NCBI GenBank assembly: GCA_016284265.1 | Contig: JAEEOM010000076.1 | Location: 4,522 to 68,521 of the forward strand | Direction of reading: 5' to 3' | DNA length: 64,000 bases | From: Bacteroidales bacterium | GTDB lineage: Bacteria; Bacteroidota; Bacteroidia; Bacteroidales; UBA932 | Shown here: in pieces, positions 27,150 through 36,259 of the stretch | How the letters are laid out: the number at the start of each line of letters is the position of its first letter | How positions within the stretch are numbered: position 1 is the stretch's first letter | Translations under genes and position numbers: made by a program | Notes under the pieces: model-generated | The model's database searches: none | What the model saw: only the letters and a program-made list of their open reading frames with translations | Told to the model about the DNA's origin: nothing

Positions 27150-28410
27150 GCGGCTGGAAATCATGGCGCCGGCAGGCAATTTCGAATGCCTGCACGCGGC
27201 CATCCAGGGTGGTGCCGATTCGGTTTATTTCGGCGTCGGCCAGCTCAATATGCGTTCCCACTCGGCCAACAATTTTGCGCCGGAAGACTTACGGCAGGTC
27301 TGCGACCTCTGCCGGGCGCATGGGCTGCGCAGTTACCTGACCCTCAACATCACTCTCTACGACGAAGACCTGGCTCCGATGCGCGAAGTGCTGGCGGTCG
27401 CCCGGGAAGCGGGCGTCAGTGCTGTCATCGCCTCGGATATCGCAGCCATTGCGGAAGCGCGCCGGCTTGGGCTTGAAGTCCATATCTCCACGCAGCTGAG
27501 CATCTCCAACCTTGAGGCGCTGCGGTTCTACAGCCAGTTCGCTGACGTGGTGGTACTGGCCCGCGAACTGCGCCTGGAACAGGTGCGTGCCCTTTGCGAG
27601 GCCGTGGAGCGTGAGCATTTATGCGGTCCGTCAGGCCGCCCGGTCCAGATCGAGATGTTCTGCCACGGGGCACTTTGCATGGCCGTTTCCGGGAAATGCT
27701 ACCTCTCGTTGCATGCGTACAATACGTCGGCCAACCGTGGCAACTGCTATCAGCTCTGCCGTCGTGCCTATGAGGTGACCGACAAGGAGACAGGCACGCA
27801 GCTGCTGATTGACAACCAATATATCATGTCGCCCAAGGACTTGTGTACCATCGAGTTTCTTGACAAGATGGCCGCTGCGGGCGCTTCGGTGTTCAAGATC
27901 GAGGGACGAGCCCGCAGCAGTGAGTATGTGAAGACAGTCGCGCAGGCTTACCGCGAAGCGGCGGATGCGGTCGAGGCGGGCACGTTCACGCCGGAACTGG
28001 GCGCCGCACTCAAGGAGCGGCTCGCCACGGTTTTCAACCGCGGCTTCTGGGACGGCTACTACCAGGGCGCGCAACTGGGTGAATGGAGTCGGGTTTACGG
28101 CAACCAGGCCACCCGGACCAAAGTGTATGTCGGACGGGTGACCAATTACTACGCCCGGTTGCGCGTAGCAGAAATCCAGGTGGAGACGGGCTCCTTCCGG
28201 GTCGGAGACCCGCTGCTTATCTGCGGTCCGACCACCGGCGTAGTCGAAGTAACGCCTACGGAGATCCGGCTTGATGATACGCACTTACTGGAAGAGGCCG
28301 CCAAGGGCGACCTCTGTTCCATCCCGGTGCCGGAACTGGTCCGGCGGCGCGATAAAGTCTATTTGTTCTCCAGCCACTTGTCCACGGCGTCGCGAAGCTG
28401 CGTGTCGTAA
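27139..28410 (+). CDS. peptidase U32 family protein
   Basis: N-terminus KSKRLEIMAPAGNFECLHAAIQGGADSVYFG is typical of U32. The start is uncertain: GTG 27139 overlaps the upstream stop, and ATG 27163 is the alternative. Confidence 0.8.
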   Translation: MKSKRLEIMAPAGNFECLHAAIQGGADSVYFGVGQLNMRSHSANNFAPEDLRQVCDLCRAHGLRSYLTLNITLYDEDLAPMREVLAVAREAGVSAVIASDIAAIAEARRLGLEVHISTQLSISNLEALRFYSQFADVVVLARELRLEQVRALCEAVEREHLCGPSGRPVQIEMFCHGALCMAVSGKCYLSLHAYNTSANRGNCYQLCRRAYEVTDKETGTQLLIDNQYIMSPKDLCTIEFLDKMAAAGASVFKIEGRARSSEYVKTVAQAYREAADAVEAGTFTPELGAALKERLATVFNRGFWDGYYQGAQLGEWSRVYGNQATRTKVYVGRVTNYYARLRVAEIQVETGSFRVGDPLLICGPTTGVVEVTPTEIRLDDTHLLEEAAKGDLCSIPVPELVRRRDKVYLFSSHLSTASRSCVS

Positions 28411-29942
28411 CGGAGTGCCACGGGAACGGAAGCCCGGTTGAAATAGTAGCAGGTGACGATTTCCTGTTCGACGAGCGGCAGGATTTCTGCCTTCTTGGCC
28501 CGGAGCACGGTTTCCTTGTCCATGTTGACTTTCTTCTGCAGCGCCTCGATCTCTTCTTTGTAATTGTCATAGAGATCTTCCGACTGTGCCGCCTTGATCA
28601 ACTGGTCGAGAGCGGTCTGGGCGGCTGTGCGGGCATCGAAGTCCTGGGTAGCGGCGTATTTCACGAAATCTTCATACTCGGCATCGGTCAGGTGGAAATC
28701 CCGGTCGATGGTCTCATGTTTCAGGAAATATTCAATGGCGTAGGAACCGAGGATGTCGTAATAGACCAGCGAGACAGTGGGACGGCTGAACGGATGACCG
28801 GGCACTTCGATGTCCGGGGCGATACCGCCGTTCGCATCCTTGTCGAGCGTCCCGTCTTCATGGCGGTTGCTGTAGTCGATGGCCTGTACGCAGCGGCCGC
28901 TCGGCGTGTAGTATTTGGCGGTGGTCAGTTTGATCTGGCTGTTGTAGGGCATCGGACGGACCGACTGGATCAGGCCCTTGCCGAAGGAGCGGGTACCGGC
29001 AATCGTGGCACGGCCCAGGTCCTGCAGTGCACCGGCCGTGATCTCGGAGGCGGAAGCGGAATTGCCGTTGACCATGACCAGCAGCGGCATCAGCGTATCG
29101 ACCGGTGTGGAGGCCGTGCGGTATTCACGGTTCAGCTCGGGCACCCGGCCCTTGGACGAGACCACAAGCGTTCCCTTGGGGACAAAGAGTGAGACGATGT
29201 CGATGGCTTCGTCCATCACGCCGCCGCCATTGTCGCGCAGGTCGATGACCAGGCGTTTGGCACCGGCTTCCTTGAGTTTCAGCACCTGCTCTTTGAATTC
29301 CTCGGAAATCTTGGCGGTGAATCCGTTGAGCTGGATGTAACCGATGTCGTCGTGATAGATGCCGGCGTACGCGATGTCGGAGACATGGATCCGTTCGCGG
29401 GTCACCACGACATCGACGGTATCTTTCGTGCGGCCCTTGACCACTTTGAACTTCACGTCGGTGCCCGGCTGGCCTTTCATCCGGCCGGAGCTTTGCTCGG
29501 AAGTCTCGTCATAAACCGGGATGCCATCAATCTCGAGGATCACATCACCTGGCTGCAGGCCGGCTTTGGCGGCCGGAGAATTCTCATAGGGTTCGATGAT
29601 GCGGACGCCTTCCCCCGGCGCTTTTCGGATGAGCGAGCCCACGCCGCCGTAGTTGCCGGTGGTCAGCAGCTCGAAATCTTCTCCTTCTTCTTCGGAGATA
29701 TAGACCGTATAAGGGTCGAGCGTGGCGAGCATCGCCCGCACGCCTGCGACGATCATCTTGTCGTAATTGACCGTATCGACATACGACTGTGCCAGTTCCC
29801 GCAGGACGGCATATTCCAGTTCCAGGCTCTTGCCCAACTTGAAATCCTGGCTCTGCGCCTTTGTCTGGACCGGCAGGACCGTGAACAGCAGCACAAGGGC
29901 AGCCGGTATTCCTTTCATCATTCTTTTCATCTGAGCGAACAT
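28359..29942 (-). CDS. S41 family C-terminal processing peptidase (PDZ domain)
   Basis: 527 aa with a signal peptide. PDZ region (AGLQPGDVILEIDGIPV) and S41 core (VMVNGNSASASEITAGALQD...GTRSFGKG). Confidence 0.88.
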   Translation of the reverse strand: MFAQMKRMMKGIPAALVLLFTVLPVQTKAQSQDFKLGKSLELEYAVLRELAQSYVDTVNYDKMIVAGVRAMLATLDPYTVYISEEEGEDFELLTTGNYGGVGSLIRKAPGEGVRIIEPYENSPAAKAGLQPGDVILEIDGIPVYDETSEQSSGRMKGQPGTDVKFKVVKGRTKDTVDVVVTRERIHVSDIAYAGIYHDDIGYIQLNGFTAKISEEFKEQVLKLKEAGAKRLVIDLRDNGGGVMDEAIDIVSLFVPKGTLVVSSKGRVPELNREYRTASTPVDTLMPLLVMVNGNSASASEITAGALQDLGRATIAGTRSFGKGLIQSVRPMPYNSQIKLTTAKYYTPSGRCVQAIDYSNRHEDGTLDKDANGGIAPDIEVPGHPFSRPTVSLVYYDILGSYAIEYFLKHETIDRDFHLTDAEYEDFVKYAATQDFDARTAAQTALDQLIKAAQSEDLYDNYKEEIEALQKKVNMDKETVLRAKKAEILPLVEQEIVTCYYFNRASVPVALRYDTQLRDAVDKWLENK

Positions 29943-29998
29943 ATAACGTGCAAAAGTAACAATTTTATCTGTATCTTTACCTGATCAAAGCAACTGCG

Positions 29999-30589
29999 AT
30001 GGATATTATCTTTGCCACCAACAATCCCCATAAACAGGAAGAGGCCCAAGCTATTCTCGGGCCGGCGTTCCAGGTGCTCACCCCCGCTGCAAAAGGTCTC
30101 CCCGGCGATCTGCCCGAGACCTGCGACACTTTGCGCGGCAACTCGATCCAGAAGGCCTGCGCTGTCTGGAATTTCTTCCAGAAGGACTGTTTCGCCGACG
30201 ACACCGGTCTCGAGATCGATGCCCTGAACGGTGCGCCGGGTGTCCATACGGCCCGGTATGCCGGTGAAGACAAGGATCCTGCGGCCAACCGGCGCCGGGT
30301 GCTGCAAGAACTCGAAGGCTTGCCTTTCGAAAAACGGACCGCCCGTTTCCGCTGTGTCGTCTCGCTCATCGAAAAGGGCGCCTTGACGGTTTTTGAAGGA
30401 ACTTGTGAGGGACACATCGCCCTGCAGGAGAGCGAGGGGGTCCAAGGTTTCGGCTATGATTCAATTTTTGTTCCAATCGGCCTCGATGTGACGCTCGCCG
30501 AGATTTCCATTGAAGAGAAAAACGCCCTTTCCCACCGCGGAAAGGCCATGCGGATGCTGCAATGTCATCTGTTGCAAAAACACGGATAA
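29999..30589 (+). CDS. rdgB: RdgB/HAM1 non-canonical purine NTP pyrophosphatase
   Basis: 196 aa: MDIIFATNNPHKQEE..., ADDTGLEIDALNGAPGVHTARYAG, FGYDSIF. Confidence 0.9.
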   Translation: MDIIFATNNPHKQEEAQAILGPAFQVLTPAAKGLPGDLPETCDTLRGNSIQKACAVWNFFQKDCFADDTGLEIDALNGAPGVHTARYAGEDKDPAANRRRVLQELEGLPFEKRTARFRCVVSLIEKGALTVFEGTCEGHIALQESEGVQGFGYDSIFVPIGLDVTLAEISIEEKNALSHRGKAMRMLQCHLLQKHG

Positions 30590-31230
30590 TCGTCCTGCAC
30601 CTGACCAAGTATTCCGACCACGCCCTGATCCTGCACACCATCGATTCCGCGGCGGGACGGCGCAGTTTCCTGGTCCGCGGCATCAAGCGGGGCAATGCCG
30701 TGGCCGTGTTCCACCCGCTCAGCGTGCTTGATGCCGTCAGTGCCGAGTCTCCGAAGAGTACCCTGGCCTGGTTGCGCGAATGGGAACCTGCCGTCGCGCT
30801 GCCGGGTATCCGGGGCGACCAGCTCAAGGCCGCCGTGGCCATGTTTGTTTCAGAGGTTCTTTATCGCAGTTTTACCACCGAACTTGCCGACCAGACCCTC
30901 TTTGCCTGGCTCTGCGACACCATCGTCCGGCTCGATGCGACTGACGGCAGCATCGCGAACTTCCATCTCTGGTTCCTGGTAGGTTATGCCGTCCAACTGG
31001 GATTCATGCCCGGCGACACTGTTGAACCCGCTGGCCTGTTCTCTCCCGACGAGACCGCTCTGTTCTACCGGATTCTCCGGGGCACCCTCGAAGAAACCCT
31101 TGCCTTTCCGCTCTCTGCTAACCGCCGCCAGGCTTTCGCCCGCCGGATGCTTCAATACCTCTCCTGGCACCTCGGCACCACCCTCGACGCCCGCAGCCTC
31201 GACGTGCTCCACGCCGTGCTGCAGGACTGA
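30562..31230 (+). CDS. recO: DNA repair protein RecO
   Basis: 222 aa. N-terminal OB-fold start KTRIIVLHLTKYSDHALILHTIDSAAGRRSF. Overlaps rdgB by 28 nt. Confidence 0.85.
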   Translation: MSSVAKTRIIVLHLTKYSDHALILHTIDSAAGRRSFLVRGIKRGNAVAVFHPLSVLDAVSAESPKSTLAWLREWEPAVALPGIRGDQLKAAVAMFVSEVLYRSFTTELADQTLFAWLCDTIVRLDATDGSIANFHLWFLVGYAVQLGFMPGDTVEPAGLFSPDETALFYRILRGTLEETLAFPLSANRRQAFARRMLQYLSWHLGTTLDARSLDVLHAVLQD

Positions 31231-31251
31231 CGGTCCTGCCCGACCGCCTGC

Positions 31252-31374
31252 TTTTTTTCGCTGCAACGGACGCATCAGTCATTCAGGCACTTACGCAAAC
31301 TCCTCCCCCTCAAAACAAGGGGAGGAGTTTACATAATCGGCTGACAATCAATTGCGTCCGTTGCAGCGGAAAAA
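31252..31374. repeat. nested-palindrome intergenic element, copy 2
   Basis: Outer arms tttttttCGCTGCAACGGACGCA (31252-31274) and TGCGTCCGTTGCAGCGgaaaaa (31353-31374). Inner 10-bp hairpin ACTCCTCCCC/GGGGAGGAGT (31299-31328). Confidence 0.8.
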
Positions 31375-31380
31375 GGGCGG

Positions 31381-34350
31381 TTATTCCTTCACGCAGCGGA
31401 CGCTGTTGGCATTCGTGCGGTAAACCGTTTTCCTGCCGTACGGAACGAAATCTGTGTAGTTCAACACACCGGCCGTTTCTGCAAACTCATCCCGGAGCAG
31501 GATACCGTCCGAAGCCCAGATGCGGATATGATAGCCGGAGTTCTGTTCCAACGCGCCATTACCTCGGGCTTCTTGATAGGAAGAGTTGCCTGAGTTTCTC
31601 CAGTAGGCTTGCGTCAAATGATAGCCGGTACTCGGGAACCAACCGTACGCCGTTTCCACCCCAACTTGGTATGTACTTGTATAGCTGTACTGCGTGATGG
31701 ATTCGTACCTGATGGAATTCTCTGTGAAAGCAGAAAGGAATGTCGCATCCCAGTCAGACGTGACAGGGACCTTCCATCCGGGAGGACAGGGGTCGAAGAT
31801 TGTTTTGCTCGCAGCCCACAAATCGTCGGTCATCCCGGAAGCCCAGCTGTTGTTATCAAAGGAGGAACCGTCATAATACTCATAATGGGCCTCGTAAGGT
31901 TTGCTGATCATCGTTGCCAGAGAATACGCCGCTCCCGCTACTACTCCCGCCCCTGTTTCTGACTGACCGAGGACGGCGGGTAAATAGGCCGTCGTGTAAT
32001 TATTGGAAGAAACATATCCAGACCCCCGTCTCACCACGTTATGGAAGGGATCTTTACGTCCCCATTGATACAGCATGCCGAATTCTACGGTGCAGGAGGG
32101 ATCGAAAGAATTGGACAATGCGCCCAGATTCCGGTCCATGAATACCGCGCCGCCGGGATAAGTCTTTTTCAGTCCTTCGATGTTGTCGTTCGTAAACCAG
32201 AGATGCCAGCTCCACAAGATGGTGTTGGAGGCATCCTTGATCGCCACAAGGGCGTTGCCTTTGTGGAAAGAATCTCCCGTTGAGAAGAAAACATATCCGT
32301 CCTTATAGCCTACCCGATGGATCATCTCCCCGGAAACCGGCGCAGTTGAAGTTCCGTAGGTGGCCCAAACCAGCGCGGCTCCGGCAATGCTGGCCGCATC
32401 GGTCGTCTTGCTGATGCCGGCAAGGTCTGCAGCGCCGTTGCCCTTGACCGTTGCCCGGAACTTATAGTCACCGGTTGCGGGAACAATATAACAGTTGGCC
32501 GTTGCCGCTGAACTCAGGTCCGTATAACCGGACAAATCCAGGCTGGACATATCTTCGACGGGCCGGATCGTGTAACCCGATCTCGTGTAATTGTCTACAT
32601 GGCTTGTGCTGAAGTTGCTGCCCCCATACCAGCCCCAAGCATGATTCCGGTCCAAGCCGGTACTTGTCCAATAATAACAGGAACCCGGATTGCCGTACTC
32701 AAAGTCCCCTCGGCAGTTGCCAAGGAATCCGCCGCCGGGCAAGCTGGCGCTCGATTGCCTGACAATGTCCATCTCATCTTTGCTTGGCACTTTCCATCCG
32801 GCCGGGCAGGGATCGTAAATGGTCTTCTGACCGTTCCACCACATCCCCGGAGTATATTCAGACGCTGTTTGCCAATAGTGTTGACTCCAACCATAAGGAT
32901 AAGTCGTAGGGTGGGCTATACTGTAGGCAACTGTCATGCCTTCGGTATCAAAGTTCACAATGCTGAACGCTGTCATCCGGTCGGGGTAATAGCCGGAGGG
33001 CGTATAACTGCCGTTGTAACATCCGGGGAATGGATCTTTTCTTCCCCATTCATAGGCACATCCGCGGTATGGAACACTACCGACACCCAATGCGCCCAGA
33101 TTCCGGTCCAGGATGGTAATATCCCCATATTCGACAACGCCCGGGGTATCAGTAGACCAGATCATCCAGCTCCAGAGAACTTCATCATATTCCTTGTCAT
33201 AGACATGGGCGGTCCCGCCGTTTCCATCCTTGAAGACAGCCACATAGGCGTCGCCCGCTGTGAACGTGTCGGGTGTCCGGAAATAAACATAACCGTCTGC
33301 ATAATAGACTTCGTACTCGTTGTCATACTTGATGGCCTGGCCGCGGTTGGCGAGTTCCCAAAGCACCGTTACGCCGGAAATGTCGCTTGTGCTGATCGGT
33401 GTGGCGGTCGTGCCCGTGACAGGGTCGAGGCCGCCGTTGCCCTTGACCGTAGCCTTGAATTTGTAGGTGCCGGCGTTGGAGACAATGTAGGTGTTCGCCG
33501 TGGCCTTTGCGCTCAGGTCCGTCGCGTCCATCTCCAGGCCGTTGAACGATAGCGAGATATCCGTCATGGCGCTGCGTTCCACGACGATGGCCTTGTTGGC
33601 CGTGCGCGTCTGCTTTCCGCCGTCCGTCGTGACGACGGTGATCTTCAGGTTGCTGTAACTCGCGGCCGGTACCGCCAGATAGAAGGCCGTGGCGCTGGTA
33701 CCGATGGCCGTTCCCGCCGTGCCGCAGTCGAGCGTCACGCCCGCCGTCGTGCCGGAAGGGATGACGGCTGCGTTGTCCGAAATCGTGAAGGTCCCGCTCA
33801 TGCCCTGATTGGCTGACAGGACGATCTTCCGGACTTTCCGGTTGCTGTCGTTGGTGGTTATGTTCAGCCGGACGATACCGCAGAGGTTCTTGAACTTGAG
33901 ACTCTCGTCATTGCTTTCGGCGTACATCGGCGACTGGCCGATGTTGCCGGCCACGTAGGTTTGTGTGGCGGGAAGCGTCAGTGTGCCGTTGTTGTAGAGC
34001 GTTTCAGGATAGTAGGCCTTGTAAGGTGCCGTAGTGGATTCAGCGCCGGACACAAACGTGAAATCGGCCTTGACCGCCGTGCTCGTCGTTGAATAGACGC
34101 CTACGTTCGGCGTCGATGCAGCGTCAACGATCTTGATCTTGTCGCCGCTCTGCCAGTTGACCACATAGCCGTCGGTGTCGTTGCCCGAGAGTTCGGTCTT
34201 CGTGGCGGGACTTTCCGTGGTGGCCGTGAAATGTTTTGCAGCGGAGGTTCCCGAATCGGGCTGATCCACCGGCATCAGCGGGTCCTGGCAGGAGAGGCAG
34301 GCCGCCAGCACGCAAAGGGTTCCGAAGAACCAGGCAAAAAACTTCTTCAT
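31381..34350 (-). CDS. large surface lipoprotein: fimbrillin-like N-domain plus two tandem Ig-like/FISUMP-like modules
   Basis: 989 aa with a lipobox region (LAACLSC). The internal duplication has shared blocks ATAN.YIV...G.YKF.ATVKGNG, ILWSW..W, DRNLGAL, WGRKDPF and DPCP.GWKVP. The C-terminus ends NSVRCVKE, like Fibrobacter-succinogenes-major-paralogous (FISUMP) domains. Confidence 0.75.
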   Translation of the reverse strand: MKKFFAWFFGTLCVLAACLSCQDPLMPVDQPDSGTSAAKHFTATTESPATKTELSGNDTDGYVVNWQSGDKIKIVDAASTPNVGVYSTTSTAVKADFTFVSGAESTTAPYKAYYPETLYNNGTLTLPATQTYVAGNIGQSPMYAESNDESLKFKNLCGIVRLNITTNDSNRKVRKIVLSANQGMSGTFTISDNAAVIPSGTTAGVTLDCGTAGTAIGTSATAFYLAVPAASYSNLKITVVTTDGGKQTRTANKAIVVERSAMTDISLSFNGLEMDATDLSAKATANTYIVSNAGTYKFKATVKGNGGLDPVTGTTATPISTSDISGVTVLWELANRGQAIKYDNEYEVYYADGYVYFRTPDTFTAGDAYVAVFKDGNGGTAHVYDKEYDEVLWSWMIWSTDTPGVVEYGDITILDRNLGALGVGSVPYRGCAYEWGRKDPFPGCYNGSYTPSGYYPDRMTAFSIVNFDTEGMTVAYSIAHPTTYPYGWSQHYWQTASEYTPGMWWNGQKTIYDPCPAGWKVPSKDEMDIVRQSSASLPGGGFLGNCRGDFEYGNPGSCYYWTSTGLDRNHAWGWYGGSNFSTSHVDNYTRSGYTIRPVEDMSSLDLSGYTDLSSAATANCYIVPATGDYKFRATVKGNGAADLAGISKTTDAASIAGAALVWATYGTSTAPVSGEMIHRVGYKDGYVFFSTGDSFHKGNALVAIKDASNTILWSWHLWFTNDNIEGLKKTYPGGAVFMDRNLGALSNSFDPSCTVEFGMLYQWGRKDPFHNVVRRGSGYVSSNNYTTAYLPAVLGQSETGAGVVAGAAYSLATMISKPYEAHYEYYDGSSFDNNSWASGMTDDLWAASKTIFDPCPPGWKVPVTSDWDATFLSAFTENSIRYESITQYSYTSTYQVGVETAYGWFPSTGYHLTQAYWRNSGNSSYQEARGNGALEQNSGYHIRIWASDGILLRDEFAETAGVLNYTDFVPYGRKTVYRTNANSVRCVKE

Positions 34351-34362
34351 CGTTCAGTCCTC

Positions 34363-34536
34363 CTATTCGTCAAAAGAGTCTTCTCCGTAGGAGTTCGTAC
34401 CGGCGCCGAACTTTTCGGTGCCGTTGGTCTCATTGACGCTGAAGCACAGGAAGCCCTGTACGTTAAGGATGGTTACCTCGCTCACGGGGGCGAGGTAGGC
34501 CCGCCTGCGGGCCGCTGACTTGGGGTGCTGGTTCAT
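34363..34536 (-). CDS. small hypothetical protein (57 aa)
   Basis: MNQHPKSAARRRAYLAPVSEVTILNVQGFLCFSVNETNGTEKFGAGTNSYGEDSFDE. G/C-rich third positions like neighbouring genes. It sits 37 nt after the regulator stop and 12 nt before the lipoprotein start. No recognised family. Confidence 0.4.
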   Translation of the reverse strand: MNQHPKSAARRRAYLAPVSEVTILNVQGFLCFSVNETNGTEKFGAGTNSYGEDSFDE

Positions 34537-34573
34537 GGTGGTATTGGTTATGATTTTCTTTAATTGTCTTTTA

Positions 34574-36259
34574 TTATGACTTTTCACACTGCTGCTCCTG
34601 CAGCCATTGCATCGGGGTCATGCCGGTCTGGGCCTTGAAGTTGCGAAAGAAGGTGGATCGGGATGCGAAGCCGGCTTGTTCGGCCACGTCATCCAACAGC
34701 ATGTCGGGATGCTCGCGCAGGATTTGCTGCGCATGACGAATGCGGTAGCCGTTGACCAGGGTTGTGAATCCGGCGCCTGAGATGTTGTTGAGCAGGATGC
34801 TGATGTAGTTGCGGTTGGTGGCCAGTTCAGAAGCGACGTCCTGGATGCGCAGGTCTTTCTGTTTCCAAAGTTCTTTTTCTTCGATGATGGCTGAAATCTG
34901 ATCCAGTAAGTCGGTACGGAGTTTGGCGTCTGTTTCTGACGGAGTTTCTGCCTGATCTGCAACCGGCGTGACGGGATGACGGCTTTTCCAGAACTCGTTG
35001 ATCAGGAAGGCGGCGCCAGCGGCCAGCAGAAAACCGGCCAGCAGCCAGTTCCAGGGTATGCGGGCTTTTTTCGGTGGTTCCGGATGGAATAGCCAGACCG
35101 AAGCGGAAGTTGTGAAATTGTCTTCTCCCACATGGCTGACACGCTCGTCCTGGGCTTTGCCGCCGGTTAGGACCAGACGCCCGTCGGGCAGGAGCAAAGC
35201 CGGATCCATGAAGAAACGCCCTTCCGGACACTCCGCATAAAACAGGTCAAAGGTCGCTTTTCCTCCGTCAAGGATTGCGTCATAATTGATGCGGGCAAAA
35301 TATCGCCGCCCCGTACGGTCTATCCCCTGCAGCCAGGCCAACCGCCGGGGACGATCCACTTGCAGAGGATTGTCCCAATTGATGCTTTCTTCGCCGATTC
35401 CCGTCAGGGGCAGGGGAGTAGCCATGGCCACTTCGGAAAAAACCCCTTCGGTGACTTTCAGGAGGCCGACCGCTCCATCGCTGTTGCGAAAGGCGGACAA
35501 CAAATAGGAATGGTCACCGATACAACAATCTTGTCCGGACACTCTGAAGAAAGAGGAGAGCCACCATTCCTCCAGAAGCGGCTCCCGGAAGGCGTCTCCG
35601 TAAAGACGCTCCACGACTCCGTCTGCGGGTTGTCCGTAATTGGTTTCCCGGCCGAAAACCAGAAAATCGTTTTCTCCGGCCGGAAGGATACAAGGGCTTG
35701 CATAGCCGGAAGGAAAGTCCTTCAGGCAGGAAAAACCTTTCTGTGGATCATAGAGTTCGAACGCATCCTCAGCATACCAGTTGCCGGCGATGACCACTTG
35801 GCCATCCGGCAAGGTCAGCGCCGAAGCATAGGCCCGCTTCCGGTCGAGAACGCCGATGGTTCGTATCTGATGGCCGACAGGATCATAGATCTCCACTGGC
35901 CAGCTTTGGCCGATACCGAAAGGCTCTGCACTGCCACCGCCGATTATCACCGTTCCATCCGGAAGCCGTGCGGCAAATCCACCGTCGTGTGGATAGGCCA
36001 TCGACACTTCGTGCCAGGCCTTGTCCCAGAAATACTCCAGCGTCTCCACCGGCTTGAACCCGTCGGTGTGTCCACCGATGACCGTCAGTTCATCGCCCAG
36101 CAATAGTGTCAGGTGCGCGCCCCGGGGCGTGTTCAGGTCCGGCAGCCGCTCTACGACCATCTTTTGGAACGGGATATCGTCGGCCGCGCCGGCGGCCGGC
36201 GAAAACCAGCCGGCCGTCAGCAGCAGAAGACAGGAGGATATGATTCGCAAGAAGCTCAT
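34574..36259 (-). CDS. membrane-anchored one-component regulator: extracytoplasmic Kelch-like beta-propeller, one TM helix, cytoplasmic AraC-type HTH
   Basis: The ORF was trimmed to MSFLRIISSCLLLLTAGWFSPAAGA (ATG 36259), 561 aa. Kelch-like repeats (TVIGGHTDG, GTVIIGGGS, GQVVIAGNWY, GRLVLTGG). TM helix WNWLLAGFLLAAGAAFLI. C-terminal HTH (LRIQDVASELATNRNYIS...FASRSTFFRNFKAQTGMTPMQW). Confidence 0.8.
   Translation of the reverse strand: MSFLRIISSCLLLLTAGWFSPAAGAADDIPFQKMVVERLPDLNTPRGAHLTLLLGDELTVIGGHTDGFKPVETLEYFWDKAWHEVSMAYPHDGGFAARLPDGTVIIGGGSAEPFGIGQSWPVEIYDPVGHQIRTIGVLDRKRAYASALTLPDGQVVIAGNWYAEDAFELYDPQKGFSCLKDFPSGYASPCILPAGENDFLVFGRETNYGQPADGVVERLYGDAFREPLLEEWWLSSFFRVSGQDCCIGDHSYLLSAFRNSDGAVGLLKVTEGVFSEVAMATPLPLTGIGEESINWDNPLQVDRPRRLAWLQGIDRTGRRYFARINYDAILDGGKATFDLFYAECPEGRFFMDPALLLPDGRLVLTGGKAQDERVSHVGEDNFTTSASVWLFHPEPPKKARIPWNWLLAGFLLAAGAAFLINEFWKSRHPVTPVADQAETPSETDAKLRTDLLDQISAIIEEKELWKQKDLRIQDVASELATNRNYISILLNNISGAGFTTLVNGYRIRHAQQILREHPDMLLDDVAEQAGFASRSTFFRNFKAQTGMTPMQWLQEQQCEKS

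Noticed and set aside
34363-34587. The 74-aa version of the small ORF, starting at 34587.
   Set aside because: That start would overlap the 3' end of the regulator gene (stop at 34574). The internal ATG at 34536 gives a non-overlapping 57-aa product, and even that is only a tentative gene.
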